From Cyanidioschyzon merolae (lineage: Eukaryota), in assembly GCA_000091205.1 (NCBI GenBank), contig AP006489.2: 64,000 bases of DNA. One strand, given 5' to 3'. A program made the translations under genes and the position numbers. Positions 41,805 through 53,799 of this stretch are shown piece by piece. The notes beneath the pieces are model-generated. The model had not been told where the DNA came from. It saw nothing but the letters and a program-made list of their open reading frames with translations, and ran no database searches. Numbering within the stretch: the stretch's first letter is position 1; each line of letters starts with the position of its first letter.

Positions 41805-42365
41805 CATTTCATGCACAGGCAAGCGTTCCGATTTGCGCTCGGCATGCCAGATTCATACTTTTTTTGTGTATGGCCTCGATGCGCACTTCGTAGCGGTGAC
41901 GCTCGGCACGGGTATGGTAAGGGGTTTCCATGTAAGAAATGTGCTTTCACCTGCGGGCGGTGCACGACGGTGCATGAACGCCTGCCTCATGGCTCGGTAC
42001 ATGCCCTTGACAGGCGTACAAGGCTTTCCTCGATACTCGGCTCGGTTTCCGCCCCGGTGCACCGCACCCTATGATCACAGGCTTTTTCTGGGCGATCCCC
42101 TTGTCAAGGACGCGGTCCGCCGCACGCGCAAGCTGTTCTGTTCGATACAGGATTTGCGGAATGCGATGCTGTTCATAATGAAACAAGTACCGGAACGAAA
42201 CTCCATCTTGGAGAACAAGTCGCGCAGCATCGATTCGTTTGCGTTGCTTTCGTACAAAGCGGTGGTGTACGCTCTACTGGAAGTGATCGCTGCGATGACA
42301 GGTGCCCGAGTCGAACACCCTTCCCGACGCAAAAGATAGAGATGCAGACGCTATGGAGCATGCTC
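41805..42365 (+). repeat. Interspersed repeat family B, copy 3
   Basis: It aligns with 15080-15645 across ~560 bp. Matching blocks are 'catttcatgcacaggcaagcgtt', 'ggtacatgcccttgacagg', 'tgatcacaggctttttctgggcgat' and 'caggatttgcggaatgcgatgctgttcataatgaaacaag'. Confidence 0.6.
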
Positions 42366-43093
42366 CGCGATAGGTAGCATACTGCCGTAAAGTACCGAAT
42401 CATCAACGGCTGCAGAGAGAGACAGCATGATTTGTCTATCGAATAAAGTCGGTTATTTAACGGAACAAGTTCAGTAACGTTTTTGCATGAGCCTGCGACA
42501 AAGGATTCTGGGAGATTCTTTGGGGGGTTTCGTTCCCCCAGCAACCCAGCGGCATGCTCAGTTGCGCCGCCGAGTTGCCTCAAAAGATAGTCGTATAGAA
42601 AACCTGAAGCAGTTGTGATATGGGCATGGTACACGTAAGGAAAGGAGCAGCGTGGACTATCTTACACACGAATTGGATAAAGATATCGCGTACCTTACGA
42701 AGCTTTGCTCAAGATCGTCTCAAACCATCTTGACTCCTGGAATGTCATGAATTCCAGTGGTAAAGCATCGAAGGAGCAACGCTGAAAACGCGATCAAGAA
42801 CCCTAACGCTGCGTGTGAGTCCGTGAACCCCCATTGCTGCCATTCGAATGCCACGGCTATCTATCTACACAAATTTTCGGAAAATAATCGAAAGCCTGGA
42901 AGAGAGCACCCAGTACCGTATTCCGAAATGTTCTGACATGGGCGTGCGACACAGCTTCCGCCAATTTTGAGAAGCGCGCTCCGTGAGCCGCGCCAGGTAT
43001 TCGAATACTTTAGACGTAGACAGCGTCTTGGTACCAGCATCCATAAGAGATGCTGTTTGGCAGCTACTGGAGCCCAGTGTGTGGCTGGTTTGA

Positions 43094-43128
43094 CACCACC
43101 ACCACCACCACCACCACCACCACCACCC
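43094..43128. repeat. (CCA)~11 microsatellite
   Basis: A perfect caccaccacc... run sits in an intergenic region. Spurious ORFs on both strands encode poly-P, poly-G, poly-W and poly-T. Confidence 0.8.
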
Positions 43129-43734
43129 TGGATATGCACGCTGCCTGCAGAGGTTCCCTAGCGAGTCCGCAGGCCGCGTACCTGGCTGGCCAGATACCAC
43201 CTCGGTGTTGTACGTGGTGCACCGGTGTTTCGTGTCGTTTCACGTGCCAAGTACCATTCCACCAGATGTCTCTACTGGATTCCGGGTTTAGCGAATGGTC
43301 CCGCTTCCTCCACACCTAACCACGATTCCGTCACAAAGAAGCTGCACGGCGTGCCGCGTTCTCTCTTCCCTTGAAGACGCTTCCATTCCCAGTGCGGTAT
43401 GCGAACGGACGCTTCGCCGCCTCCGTTTTGCGTCAGGCAGCGCTGGTTAGACTCAAACTCATGGAGAGACGCATCTGCAAAGGCAGAGCAGCCAGTTCCA
43501 CGCTGAGTGCCGCTCGTCGTCGTCATCATCACCATCGACGAAAAGTTCTGCGCTGAGGCGCCTCGCCTCTCCTGTCAATATCGTGGAGCGTGGCGCGCCA
43601 CTATCGACGCTAGCGTGGCCAACTTCCAGACGCGAAACATCAAGCATTGGGTACTTGTTCGAAAATCATGCCTCTCCAAGTGCCAATGTATCCCATGCGA
43701 GCGCTCCAAGTGCCGGTCTGGTTTACAATGACGT

Positions 43735-46647
43735 TCAGACGCTATCGCGCAAATACTGACAGAGAAAGAGTACCTTCGAGAGCGTGTCCTCGCACCGAAG
43801 CCAAGAGCTGTCGAGTGCCCTCAGGCATTTCGATGCCCCGTGCTGCAGTGCCGGTTCCTTCATGATCAGCTCCGCGTGCTCGTTCAGAAACACCCGTAGC
43901 TGCGCCTGAGCAAGTTCAAAGTCACGCTCTGACTGCAGACGCCACGTGAAGAACGACAGCGCATCGGCAAGTGCCTCGGGCGGCAGCAGCCGTATTTCTA
44001 CGTCTGCCGCCGCTGGTGTCAGCGCATCCAGGCGCTTTGCGGCGGTGGCAAAGTCTGCTCGCTGCAATGCATCCACAAAACTCGAGGCTATCGAATCGGG
44101 AAGCGGTCTGCGGTCCTCGATGCCGGGCGAAACAGACGCGTCCGCAGCTTCGCGGTAGCCGTCGTGCAGCTCAGCGACTAGCGGTGGTGGCGGTTTCTGA
44201 GTCCCGGTCACGGAATCGCTCTCCCTCGTTGCCTTGTTCTGCTCCTTGATTTCGTCAAGGTACGGCAGCAGAAGCCAGTAGCTTTCAGGCTGACTCGAAA
44301 ACACGACGCCGCAGTGTGCATCGTCGATAGGTTCAACGGTTAGCGAAACACATCGCGGGTTATTTTCAGGGGATGCTGTAGCGTCTGCAACTGCGGAGAC
44401 AACGGGATCCCACGACATTGCCAGGTCCGGCAGCTGCACCGCATGACGCCGCCAGAGCGCTTCCACATCGAGACCATTTCCCGCTCGCGAAGAAAGCGCC
44501 ACCATATTGCCCTGCTCGCTGGGCCCCCGATAATACGCTTTGCAGTGCCACATGCAGATTCCGATATGCCCCACATGCGTTGTGACAATAAAATCGCCCC
44601 GTGGTGACATGGCGCATGACGTCGGTGCAGCAGCCATACGAAGCACATCCACACAGCGGCCTGCGACAAGATCCCACGTTCGGAGCGTTCCGTCCAGTGA
44701 AGTGCTCAGAATTTGTCGCCCATCTGCTTGGCAGCTGAAGCAGATATCCGTAATGCGAGCAGTGTGGCCCCTGAGCCAGCGCACACAGCGGCCGCTCGCT
44801 GCCTCAAAGACTTTGATGGAAAAGTCGTCAGCACAGCTCACAGCGAGAAGATCTGAAACCGGACTCCAGATGAGCTGTAGACCTGGACTGTGGACGACAA
44901 TATCGGCGACTTTCTCACGCGACTGATGTCGATAGATGCCGAGGCGTCCGTCGTGGCTACCCAGTGACGCAAGCAACCCGCCGCTCCCGTCGAAAGCGAC
45001 ACCCGCTACACCTCCCGGATGGTGCGCGTCTCGTATCCGCCACCGATGCAACCCACTCTGGAGGTTGAAGAGATCAACGTGACCCACAGAGAGACCTACT
45101 GCAGCGAAATGGCCGCAAGTGGAAATTGAAACACAAGTCGCAGTGCCTTGATCGAGATCCGTTGAAGCGTCACCCCGGAAACGGAGCACATGGCGATAGC
45201 GATGGTTCTCAGCGTAGCGCCAGGTGTAGGCCTCGGAGCGCCCGAGGTGACACGTTACCAGATTGGCAAGATCCGGGTCGTTTTGTCGAGCCTCACTCAC
45301 AGCAAACTCCGTTACCGGTGGAAGAAGCGATGCGGTGTCGGGATCGTCCTCGTCGAGTGCGAACTCATCCGATGCTTCAATGGCGCGCTCGTGTTGCATT
45401 TGACGGGCCCGCTTGCGTGCTCTCCGTAGCCGCGTTGTGACCTGGGACAACTCACGGTGATGATGGGATACGACTGTGCTGGTAACGCGCAGCTGCTGAT
45501 CACTGCAGCCCGCAGAGATCAGCTGGCGATAATCTTCACCGATGAAACGAATGCGCGTCGGCGGTGCCCGGTGCCCGGCTCGGTACTTGAGCAGACGCGG
45601 TGCACCGCTCGGTGAATCGCAAATAAACATGTTCATGCGATTATCCTCATCGCCAATGGTCAACAGGATCGGCTCGCGGGGATAGAAGAACGCCATCCGA
45701 CATGGACCCCGATGCAGACGCGGTATCGTGTCCAGAACTCGCCGTGCTTCGAGGTCGTAGATGCAGAGAGAGCCATCGGAGTGGAACGAGAACAGATGCG
45801 GAAACGCATTCGCATCGTCGTTCCGGAAACACAACGCATTGACAGTGAGCGAGGTACCCAGTGGCAGGTGCATCCGCAGGTTGTACTGATCCAGGATCGA
45901 GCCACGACCAATGTCGTAGATGATCACAGAGCCGTCGTGGAAACCCATGCCGATGATATCCAGCGCCGGAGACTCTGACAGCGCCGTCACTGCACCGTGC
46001 TTGGAAAAGTCGAGTGTCTGGAGGATGCGACTGTGGCAAATATCCACGAGTGCAATGCGCCCCTGGTCGCTTCCGATGCAGACGACGTCGAGCATCGTCG
46101 GTGGATGCACAATGAGGCCATTCGGGGTGATATCTTCTCCGAAGAATACTTCCGAGACGAGCTCATTGTCGCGGTTGTAGGTGCGCGCGCAGCGTTCTCC
46201 AGCGTCCACTGCAACGAATACTCCATTCCCAAAAGCGTATAGCCCAACGATGCAGCCACCTGGGGCAGTTTCGATCGACACACGGGATCGCAATTGTTCT
46301 GTTATATGAAGGCTGTGCTGTGTGGCAACAACCAGTCGCTCTCGACCGAGATGCGCTACGGCAGTGATGCGCGAAGGCAAAGCATTCGATAGGCTCAGTA
46401 AACGAAGCGTCCTTCCATCGTAGAGCTGCAGGCAGCGTCCAAGCGGTACGACAACGAACGGTGCAATGCCGAGTTCATAGAAGCATGGCTTGGGGGACGA
46501 GGTACCGCCAAGCATGCGCCCGCTTCCCTCACAGGTGACCAGGCCGAGAACTCGAAATGGAGCGTAAAGTGACGTGCGTTGCCCCAGCGCGACGAGTTCT
46601 CCCTCTTCGAGGCCACCTTCGAGCAGCTTTCCCTCCGCCTGCACCAT
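43735..46647 (-). CDS. UTP21: U3 snoRNP / SSU processome WD40 protein UTP21 (WDR36)
   Basis: The 970-aa ORF has tandem WD40 repeats across the N-terminal ~650 aa and a C-terminal non-WD domain. The length and architecture match Utp21/WDR36. The assignment to Utp21 rather than another large WD40 protein is partly inferential. Confidence 0.7.
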   Translation of the reverse strand: MVQAEGKLLEGGLEEGELVALGQRTSLYAPFRVLGLVTCEGSGRMLGGTSSPKPCFYELGIAPFVVVPLGRCLQLYDGRTLRLLSLSNALPSRITAVAHLGRERLVVATQHSLHITEQLRSRVSIETAPGGCIVGLYAFGNGVFVAVDAGERCARTYNRDNELVSEVFFGEDITPNGLIVHPPTMLDVVCIGSDQGRIALVDICHSRILQTLDFSKHGAVTALSESPALDIIGMGFHDGSVIIYDIGRGSILDQYNLRMHLPLGTSLTVNALCFRNDDANAFPHLFSFHSDGSLCIYDLEARRVLDTIPRLHRGPCRMAFFYPREPILLTIGDEDNRMNMFICDSPSGAPRLLKYRAGHRAPPTRIRFIGEDYRQLISAGCSDQQLRVTSTVVSHHHRELSQVTTRLRRARKRARQMQHERAIEASDEFALDEDDPDTASLLPPVTEFAVSEARQNDPDLANLVTCHLGRSEAYTWRYAENHRYRHVLRFRGDASTDLDQGTATCVSISTCGHFAAVGLSVGHVDLFNLQSGLHRWRIRDAHHPGGVAGVAFDGSGGLLASLGSHDGRLGIYRHQSREKVADIVVHSPGLQLIWSPVSDLLAVSCADDFSIKVFEAASGRCVRWLRGHTARITDICFSCQADGRQILSTSLDGTLRTWDLVAGRCVDVLRMAAAPTSCAMSPRGDFIVTTHVGHIGICMWHCKAYYRGPSEQGNMVALSSRAGNGLDVEALWRRHAVQLPDLAMSWDPVVSAVADATASPENNPRCVSLTVEPIDDAHCGVVFSSQPESYWLLLPYLDEIKEQNKATRESDSVTGTQKPPPPLVAELHDGYREAADASVSPGIEDRRPLPDSIASSFVDALQRADFATAAKRLDALTPAAADVEIRLLPPEALADALSFFTWRLQSERDFELAQAQLRVFLNEHAELIMKEPALQHGASKCLRALDSSWLRCEDTLSKVLFLCQYLRDSV

Positions 46648-47628
46648 TGCGCTACACGTTCACACACAGGCACCGTTTCGAGAGGTACGTCGTAGCTGGA
46701 GCGCCCGTCCAGTCTGCGAATCTTTTATGGAGGCGTTTGCTGCGACCTTTATGCGAAAGCGGGTTCAAGTGTGAACTCGCGTGAGACTGCTGTTTGCAGG
46801 TTCGCAACTGATGCGCAGCACAGTGCGGATTCCAGCACGAAAACAACGCGGCCGCGCCAGAGGATCAACACGCTCGGGAACTCAGCGGTATATGTGGTCT
46901 GCGAGATGACGGCCCTGTTCAAGCGTGCCCGACGAGGCTCCGTTCCCAGCCGAGTTTCGAGCGTTCCCGCTTCAGGAGCGGTTTTGGGGTACAGTTCCTA
47001 CCTCTCGGTGCCAGGTACCCAGGCAGTTGACTGAAAAATTAGTCGCCTCTATTCAAGCCCCTCAGAAAAATAGAAACCTCAGTCAACCCCAAGAGTCTCG
47101 CGCAGAAGCAGTAGACTGCACTGCCTCAGAAACTGCGGATCAGCAGCGTAAGCGCTCGACGTCCACCGCTGGGCGACCAGTGCTAGCGTCCGCTCGCTCC
47201 GACAGACAAAGCGACACTGATCACTGGCTTGAACCGCTCGTTTAATGCCTCTACTGCGAAACAGGCGATCCCAGCCTGTTGCAAGAGAAAGCGTTCCACT
47301 GAAGCGCAACACCTGTCGAACACCAGCCGAGGCGGAAGCGACGGCCCCGAGTCGTGCGCACTGCCCAGGCGGCTTCCTGGATAGCGAAGAACAAAGGGGC
47401 GTTCAGGTTGCTTCTCGCTGGAGCACGTGGCATGGTATACACCTGTTGAAGCGTATTTGTTTCATTTGGTGGATAGATTTATAACGAGCGACACCTGAGT
47501 GTATTTTTGCAGCACTGGCATTCAACTAGATCCAGCGCTTCCGAGCAAACAACGAGTAACTGCTGGCTTCGGGGAAGACTGGCGTTTGCGCGGGAACTGC
47601 AGACGCGCTAGACGGGTGACACACACCC

Positions 47629-48771
47629 ATGGGTATTCGACAGCTGGCGAAGCTTATTGTGGACCATGCGCCACGAGCATATAAAGAACAAGATATTCGG
47701 GCGCTCTTTGGGCGGGTCATCGCCATCGACGCGTCTATGTGCATCTACCAGTTCCTTGTGGCGGTGCGTACGGCGGACGCTGCCAACCTCACCAACGAGT
47801 CTGGTGAGATCACCTCGCACCTCTCGGGAGTATTTTACCGCACCATCAAACTTCTGGAGCTGGGTATCAAGCCCATATACGTCTTTGATGGCAAAGCACC
47901 GGATCTCAAAGCAAATGAGCTCGCAAAAAGGAGATCCCGGCGAGAGGAAGATGAGCAGGCCGCAGCCAAGGCTCGCGAGGAGGGCGACCTCGAGCTCTAT
48001 GCAAAGTACGCTCGACGGGTGAATAAAGTCTCCGCGGAGACCATCGACAATGTGAAGCGTTTGTTGCGCCTCATGGGGATACCTGTTGTCGAGGCGCCCA
48101 GCGAGGCTGAGGCCCAGTGCGCTGTCCTCACCCGAGCAGGTCTTGCCTATGCGACAGCCAGTGAGGATATGGATGCGCTCACGTTTGGTACACCGCTTTT
48201 GATAAGGAATTTGTTTGCAGCGCTGGCATCTGGAGCCGAACGCAAAGATCGCAAACCGAGCGAGTTCTCGTTAGCGATAACGCTAGAGGATCTGGGCATC
48301 TCTATGGATCAATTTATCGATATATGTATTCTGTGTGGTTGCGACTATACCTGTACGATACCGAAAATCGGGCCCTATCGGGCTTTGATGCTGGTCAAAC
48401 AGCATGGCTGCATCGAGGAGGTGCTTGCATCGCTGCGGGAATCCAACCACCCGATACCCGATGATTTTGATTACCTCGGAGCACGAGGACTCTTTAAAGA
48501 GCCGCACGTCAAGGATGCTGCAGATATTGAACCGCTTTTGGAATGGCATGCTCCTAACGAAGAAGGACTCGTGCAGTTCCTGGTCCAGGAGAACAGCTTC
48601 AATGAACAGCTGGTGCGCAAAGCCGTGGAACGCATGACGAAAGCCCTGCGATCGGGGGTTGCAAATCAGTCGCGGCTGGACAATTTTTTCAAGCCGAAAA
48701 CCTTGCCCAAGAAGCATGAGCCAGAGCGGCCATCATCGAAGAGGAGCACGAAACGAGCACGCAAAACCTAA
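47629..48771 (+). CDS. FEN1: Flap endonuclease 1
   Basis: 'MGIRQLAKLIVDHAP...GRVIAIDASMCIYQFL' (XPG-N), 'IKPIYVFDGKAPDLK', the XPG-I motif 'GIPVVEAPSEAEAQCA', the H3TH motif and the C-terminal PIP-like 'QSRLDNFFK' with a basic tail are all present. This is full-length FEN1. Confidence 0.95.
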   Translation: MGIRQLAKLIVDHAPRAYKEQDIRALFGRVIAIDASMCIYQFLVAVRTADAANLTNESGEITSHLSGVFYRTIKLLELGIKPIYVFDGKAPDLKANELAKRRSRREEDEQAAAKAREEGDLELYAKYARRVNKVSAETIDNVKRLLRLMGIPVVEAPSEAEAQCAVLTRAGLAYATASEDMDALTFGTPLLIRNLFAALASGAERKDRKPSEFSLAITLEDLGISMDQFIDICILCGCDYTCTIPKIGPYRALMLVKQHGCIEEVLASLRESNHPIPDDFDYLGARGLFKEPHVKDAADIEPLLEWHAPNEEGLVQFLVQENSFNEQLVRKAVERMTKALRSGVANQSRLDNFFKPKTLPKKHEPERPSSKRSTKRARKT

Positions 48772-49425
48772 GTGGATCCCGAGCCGCACCCGGAGGTTAC
48801 GCTCAGCAGGGTCAACGAACGACGAGACGCGCTGGTTAGCGCTGCTGACTTGTTCCCGGATGCATCACAGGGCCGTGGCCTGGTATGCACCAAAACTTAC
48901 GGTATGCGCGTTGCTCGATCATGACGGCAAGCTATGCGCATCTCGGTTGTGCTTGGTCTGGCACAAAACGCGAAAGCAAGCTGCCAGTGATCTTGATTGT
49001 CGCTTTCAAGTGAAGCGGCGGGTAAAGCACGCACCGACGGGCGCTATGTCGACCGCTGCTGCGGAACGACCAGACGGCAGGCGTCGCTGCGACCTTGTGA
49101 TGATGCCACAGAGAAGCACATAAATGAGCGTTTATCGTTACCAGCTTCGACGGAGCATGTGATTGTTCCCGCTGGAGAATGCACATTAGTGTGGTGCGTT
49201 CCCGTCAGGTCAAGTAACGACCGGGGATTCCGTCCGCACCGCCTCCGTTAGACATCATGTGCTGAAGGTGTCCGAGGCTCGTGCGCAGATCACTCGCTTG
49301 GGCCGTACTCGTCTATGTGTCGAAAGGAAACACCGTCGACGAGCCGAGTGCTTCGCTTCGATCGCTCATTCGTCATAGCATTGTAGATGAGCGACGAAAG
49401 CGCGTTCATGACGCCTCGCTCCGCG

Positions 49426-50029
49426 CCTCGCGAATGGAGTCTAGAGTGGGTATCGTCGAAAAATACAAGTCTATGATCGTTGACGAATTGCCCACGACAA
49501 TCGTTACCAGTAGAAAGAGGTAGAGAGAGAGCTATGCGGCGCGTCAGGCTTGCTCAGTCGCTGAACCCCTCCATACCAGTCCTTTGATCAACGCGAGCAT
49601 CCAGAGCGGTATCTCCTGGTCACCGAGTTTTTGCATCGGAATGCAGCTGCGTTTCAGTACAATGGCCGCACAGAGTGCGAAACGAGTCTCGTTCAAGTTC
49701 GCTCGACACGAAACCGCTGGACGCGACTGAAGCGCAGGACATTTCCGGGTATCGATCGCTGCATGCAAGTAGCGGTTCGGAAAGTGCATGCCCTGCTGGG
49801 TACTGGTGGCATCGCAACACAGCAAGTGTCACCACCAGGTCGATAGTCGCGCCATCTGATGTTGCATCAGTTACCCGATGTACGATCTTGTGAGTCTGGC
49901 TCTGTTTCACGCGCCTCTACGCTGCCGGATTCAACAGGCACCTGTGCTCGCGATACACGTACTTTGTCCTTATTCATTCGCGAAACTCGCATAGATCCGA
50001 TTGCTGGACTCGGTGTATGCTCCTGTCGA
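49426..50029 (+). repeat. ~600-bp dispersed direct repeat, copy 1. It is >98% identical to 57071-57672.
   Basis: The identical ORF translations listed at 49544..49825/57188..57469 and 49620..49910/57264..57554 reflect near-identical DNA. Boundaries were read from where flanks diverge (start 'cgcgaatggagtctagag', end 'ctcctgtcgat'). Confidence 0.8.
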
Positions 50030-50533
50030 TAAAGTCGATGTACTCCGTGTGCGGCGCCCGAAAAGCACACCGAGCCTTGGGCGCAATGCCTTGCTGCTTA
50101 GCCCTCTTGCTTCTGCTTGTAAGGCTGCTATGAAACTTGGAACTCTGTGTCCAACCCGCAACGAAGACCCGTGCTACTATGCCACGCACCTAGAACCAAG
50201 ACTGTTCCAGTGCAGCCTGGGGGTATCTTCGTGCTACTGAGACGCTACCGACAGTGCGTGCGTTCACTTCGCGGCCTCTGCTGGACGCTAGTGCCAGACA
50301 GTCGAGGCTGACTGCGACTCAAGTGCAGTTATGCAGTTCGCTTATCGGGCTCTATGCTCTACACGAGACGCAGCGTCTACAGCACGTTGCAGTCGCGACA
50401 CGCACGCGTGCTTGAAAAGCACCGGTGGCTTCTTCTCTGGTCGCCCTTGTCACGCGCGCTTGCGGAAGCTTGATTTAAGGACACATCGCGCACAGCATAC
50501 AAGAGCACGCTGTACGTCCTCGCACGAAAACCG

Positions 50534-51874
50534 GTGTCTATGCGCAAAAGTTACGATACGCAGGTCGCAACGAACGCCCCGAACAATGACGCGTCAGCGC
50601 GAGCGGTTACGCTACCCAGCTTGCTGCTGTTCGGGACGCGAGGAGCGGCAATAATAGCGTCTGCGGTACTGAACTGTGTTGAGCGTTTACGACAGGCTCG
50701 GGAGGACGTATCGTCCCAACGTTGTTGTTTCCAGTACGCGGGAAGCGAGCATAGCTTCTGTCGTACTGAACTGCGTCGAGCTTTTCAAAGCAGGCTCGCG
50801 GGGACGACCGCTCAGCCCGAGTTGGCTCCGGTCGGGAGCTCGCCTCCACTTCCGAACGGTGGTCTGTTTCGAGCGGAGAGGCTCGTTTTGGGCGGTGTCG
50901 AACCGGACACCTCACCAGGAGGCCCTGCGGTGCAGCACCACCTGATGCAGCAGTCCCAGCAGCACGCGGACGACTCTTGTACAACCGCAGCGCAGCCGAG
51001 CTTGGACTGGAGTGAGCTTGAGGTGTTCGAAAAAATAGCCTCGGGCACAGACACGGACATCTTCCGAGCTTCTCTCCACGGCGATGCGGTCGCTGTGAAG
51101 GTACTCTCCAAGTACGCTTCTACCGACGCTGAAGACGCTTTTAATCGCGAGTGGAGGACCTTCGTGGAGCACGACCTCAGGCACCAGAACATCATCCGCT
51201 TCTACGGCTGGGGCTATCGACCAAACGGGGAGCGCTTTCTTGTCGTAGAGCACGCCAAAGGCGGTAGCTTGCGGCAAGCACTGACTCGGCGACTCTGGAA
51301 GGACATCGGACGAGTGGTTCGCCTCGCCCGCGACATTACCGCTGCACTCGAGTACCTACACAGCCGAAACATTATCTACAGAGACCTCAAGTCCAGCAAC
51401 GTACTCCTGGATGCGTCCTGGAATCGAGCGCTGCTGTGTGATTTCGGAATCGCCAGAGCGATGATAGGCGATGGTGCAGGCCAAATGACCCGCGAATGCG
51501 GTACCTATCAGTACATGTCACCTGAGGTGATTCTCGGGAAAGCAGACTACGGCGAGAAAGCAGATATCTACAGTTTTGGCATCCTTTTGAATGAGATGTG
51601 CACGGGGGAGATTCCCTTCAGTCGTCAGCGACTCCTTCCTGTGCAGGCTGCGGCAGCGGTGGTGAACAAGGGTCTGCGACCCGGTATGCGCGGCTCCGTA
51701 GAGCGCAAGTATCCAGAGTTGCACGCGCTCATTCGCAAGTGCTGGGCGCAACGGGACGATGCTCGACCCACAGCTGCGGAAGCACGCGCTGAACTGGATG
51801 CCATTCTGGTTAAATATTTTTCTGCGGATCAGACGCCGACCGCAGATGCGCAGCTATCCACGGCCACAACTTGA
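50534..51874 (+). CDS. Serine/threonine protein kinase, TKL-like. The functional start may be the internal Met at ~50944.
   Basis: A complete kinase catalytic domain is present: Gly-loop region 'EKIASGTDTDIF', 'AVKVL', 'HQNIIRFYG', the catalytic loop 'IIYRDLKSSNVLLD', 'CDFGIAR', and the activation/P+1 segment 'GTYQYMSPE'. The N-terminal 140 aa contain the frame-shifting tandem duplication. Confidence 0.8.
   Translation: MSMRKSYDTQVATNAPNNDASARAVTLPSLLLFGTRGAAIIASAVLNCVERLRQAREDVSSQRCCFQYAGSEHSFCRTELRRAFQSRLAGTTAQPELAPVGSSPPLPNGGLFRAERLVLGGVEPDTSPGGPAVQHHLMQQSQQHADDSCTTAAQPSLDWSELEVFEKIASGTDTDIFRASLHGDAVAVKVLSKYASTDAEDAFNREWRTFVEHDLRHQNIIRFYGWGYRPNGERFLVVEHAKGGSLRQALTRRLWKDIGRVVRLARDITAALEYLHSRNIIYRDLKSSNVLLDASWNRALLCDFGIARAMIGDGAGQMTRECGTYQYMSPEVILGKADYGEKADIYSFGILLNEMCTGEIPFSRQRLLPVQAAAAVVNKGLRPGMRGSVERKYPELHALIRKCWAQRDDARPTAAEARAELDAILVKYFSADQTPTADAQLSTATT
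50645..50856. repeat. Partial tandem duplication (~106-bp period) within the annotated 5' end of the kinase ORF
   Basis: 'atagcgtctgcggtactgaactgtgttgagcgtttacgacaggctcggg' and 'atagcttctgtcgtactgaactgcgtcgagcttttcaaagcaggctcgcgg' lie 106 bp apart. That is not a multiple of 3, so the two copies are read in different frames. Confidence 0.5.
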
Positions 51875-52757
51875 GACACAGATGATCGTTTCGGCATCTG
51901 TGAGTCAGCGTGTGCGGCAACGAACTGCATTGGATGCGCTGGTATCTGGTCTCGGGCGAGCAGAAGAGAGCGAGACGCGGACGTGGATGCGACGTCACGC
52001 GTGAACGACTGCCCAGAGGCCGTGAAGCCGACTCGAGCGGCGTCTGGGATGAGCGCTTGCTCTCGTGCAGCGCACGAGAGACCGCGTGTAAATTACTCAT
52101 CAGCGAATAGTTATAAGTGGACGCAGGACCCGGGCATGTATTCGGCTGGTGCACAGGGGTCTGGGGTATAGCACCGGTTTGACAGACGCTCCCTGTGGTA
52201 GACGCATGCCTCGCGTCTTGTGAACAGAGCATGTATGCCCAGCGCGAAACTGGATTCGATGTGCCGGACGCTCCAAGTGTAAAGCATGCGATGCCGCATC
52301 TGGTGTTTTCTAGAGTACGCAGGCGTTTTTACGTTCAAGAATAAAGCGAGGCTGGGGCGTGCGAGTGCGACCCCGGCCCATGCCTAGCGCTGCGTGTACA
52401 CTCCGTCTCGATGGGCAACGGCTCGGTCGCAGCAAGCAGCAATGACAATAGCAACACGTTTTGCATTCGGATTCGACTTGAACTGGCATCGAGTCGATGT
52501 ACTCTGCGAAACGGTATCCGACAGCCGTCACAGTCCCTGAGCTTGCAAGGAACCGCGTTGCGACTGTGGCACTGTCGTACGCCCGTACGACACGCAAATA
52601 GCCAGATTCACGCGCGAGCGTCACTGCTCCCAGGAACAAGTGATAGAGTTGCCGCGCTGGGGCGCCTCACAGAAACAGAACGTGTTGTCCAAGTACGCGG
52701 GTGCGAGTTGGCGCGACCGCAGGTTACGCTCGGGCGACGCGGAACCAGAGCCTCACC

Positions 52758-53204
52758 TTACTTAAGCGGGATGAAACGTGACGACGATGAGGCACCAATA
52801 CCTGGCCTCCCGTGCTTAACTGGCTTGTACGTCAAACTGAACTCGCCAAGGTAGTGGCCAACCATATCCCCGCGGATTTCAACCTCGTTGAAGGTGCGCC
52901 CGTTGTGAACTCCGAGGCGTGCACCGATCATCTCCGGAACTATGATCATGTTCCTGCAGTGCGTTTTCACAATCTCCGGCTTGCTGAACTCATCAGGGAC
53001 TTCGGCCTTCGCTTTTCGAATTTTCTTTATGAGCGAGGTCTGCCGACGGTCCAGGCCACGCGCGAGCTTCCGCCGAGCGCGTGCTGGTAAGAGCTCCACC
53101 ATTTCATTGTGCGGCAGCGCAAGAAGTGCCTCCAGGTCTACACCTCTATAGGAAAACTTGCGAAAAGTTCGCTTCTTAGGCGCTGATGAGCTTTCCTCGT
53201 CCAT
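52758..53204 (-). CDS. RPS15: 40S ribosomal protein S15 (uS19)
   Basis: '[18 protein letters not shown]...[56 protein letters not shown]' matches eukaryotic RPS15 along its length. Confidence 0.95.
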   Translation of the reverse strand: MDEESSSAPKKRTFRKFSYRGVDLEALLALPHNEMVELLPARARRKLARGLDRRQTSLIKKIRKAKAEVPDEFSKPEIVKTHCRNMIIVPEMIGARLGVHNGRTFNEVEIRGDMVGHYLGEFSLTYKPVKHGRPGIGASSSSRFIPLK

Positions 53205-53544
53205 GGGTTACGCACGCGAGCTTTCCACGTTCAAGGGGTAAACCGTGTACGCCAAGCAGCGCAGAGGGCGGCATCTAAGCGAGTCGCGGCGAGGCCGCGA
53301 GCGGCGACCGCATCTTCCTCATGCTGTACCTTACGCACTTTTAGGGATATATCTGGACTTCATTGGCCTGTCCGATGCGTGCGCGCCTATTTTTGTCCAT
53401 TTTGATGCAATGCTGACCAAGCCAGCGTTCTCTGACCCGGTGCTCGGTATTCGCACGCGGTGGAGCATTCGTGATTCCAGGGCCCGCTTCCAAGTCCCAG
53501 AACCCATCCTTCATCCCGTATACACAGGTTGCTTCATTCGTTCG

Positions 53545-53700
53545 ATCGCTTGCCCAGCGTCTCCCCTGATCGTCCGCAATACTGCCTGTACCGTTGGTAC
53601 GGATACAGCACGGATGCAGTACGGCGTTGCTGTGGTAAACGAGGGCTTCGGGCTCGAGGTTTGCCTCAGACGACACTGAATCAGGGCTCGTCGCCAGTTT
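53545..53700 (+). repeat. Interspersed repeat family A, copy 3. It lies directly upstream of a family B copy, forming a composite.
   Basis: It shares 'cccctgatcgtccgcaatactgcctgtaccgttggtacggatacagcacgg...cggcgttgc' with 35335-35480. Confidence 0.5.
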
Positions 53701-53799
53701 GTGCTCAGCCAGTCTGCGGTTGCAAACTTGCCTTCGCTGCACGACACGTTGGAGCAACTTGGCTGTTAGGATGAATCCTGGGAGGCGCCTCTCTCCTTT

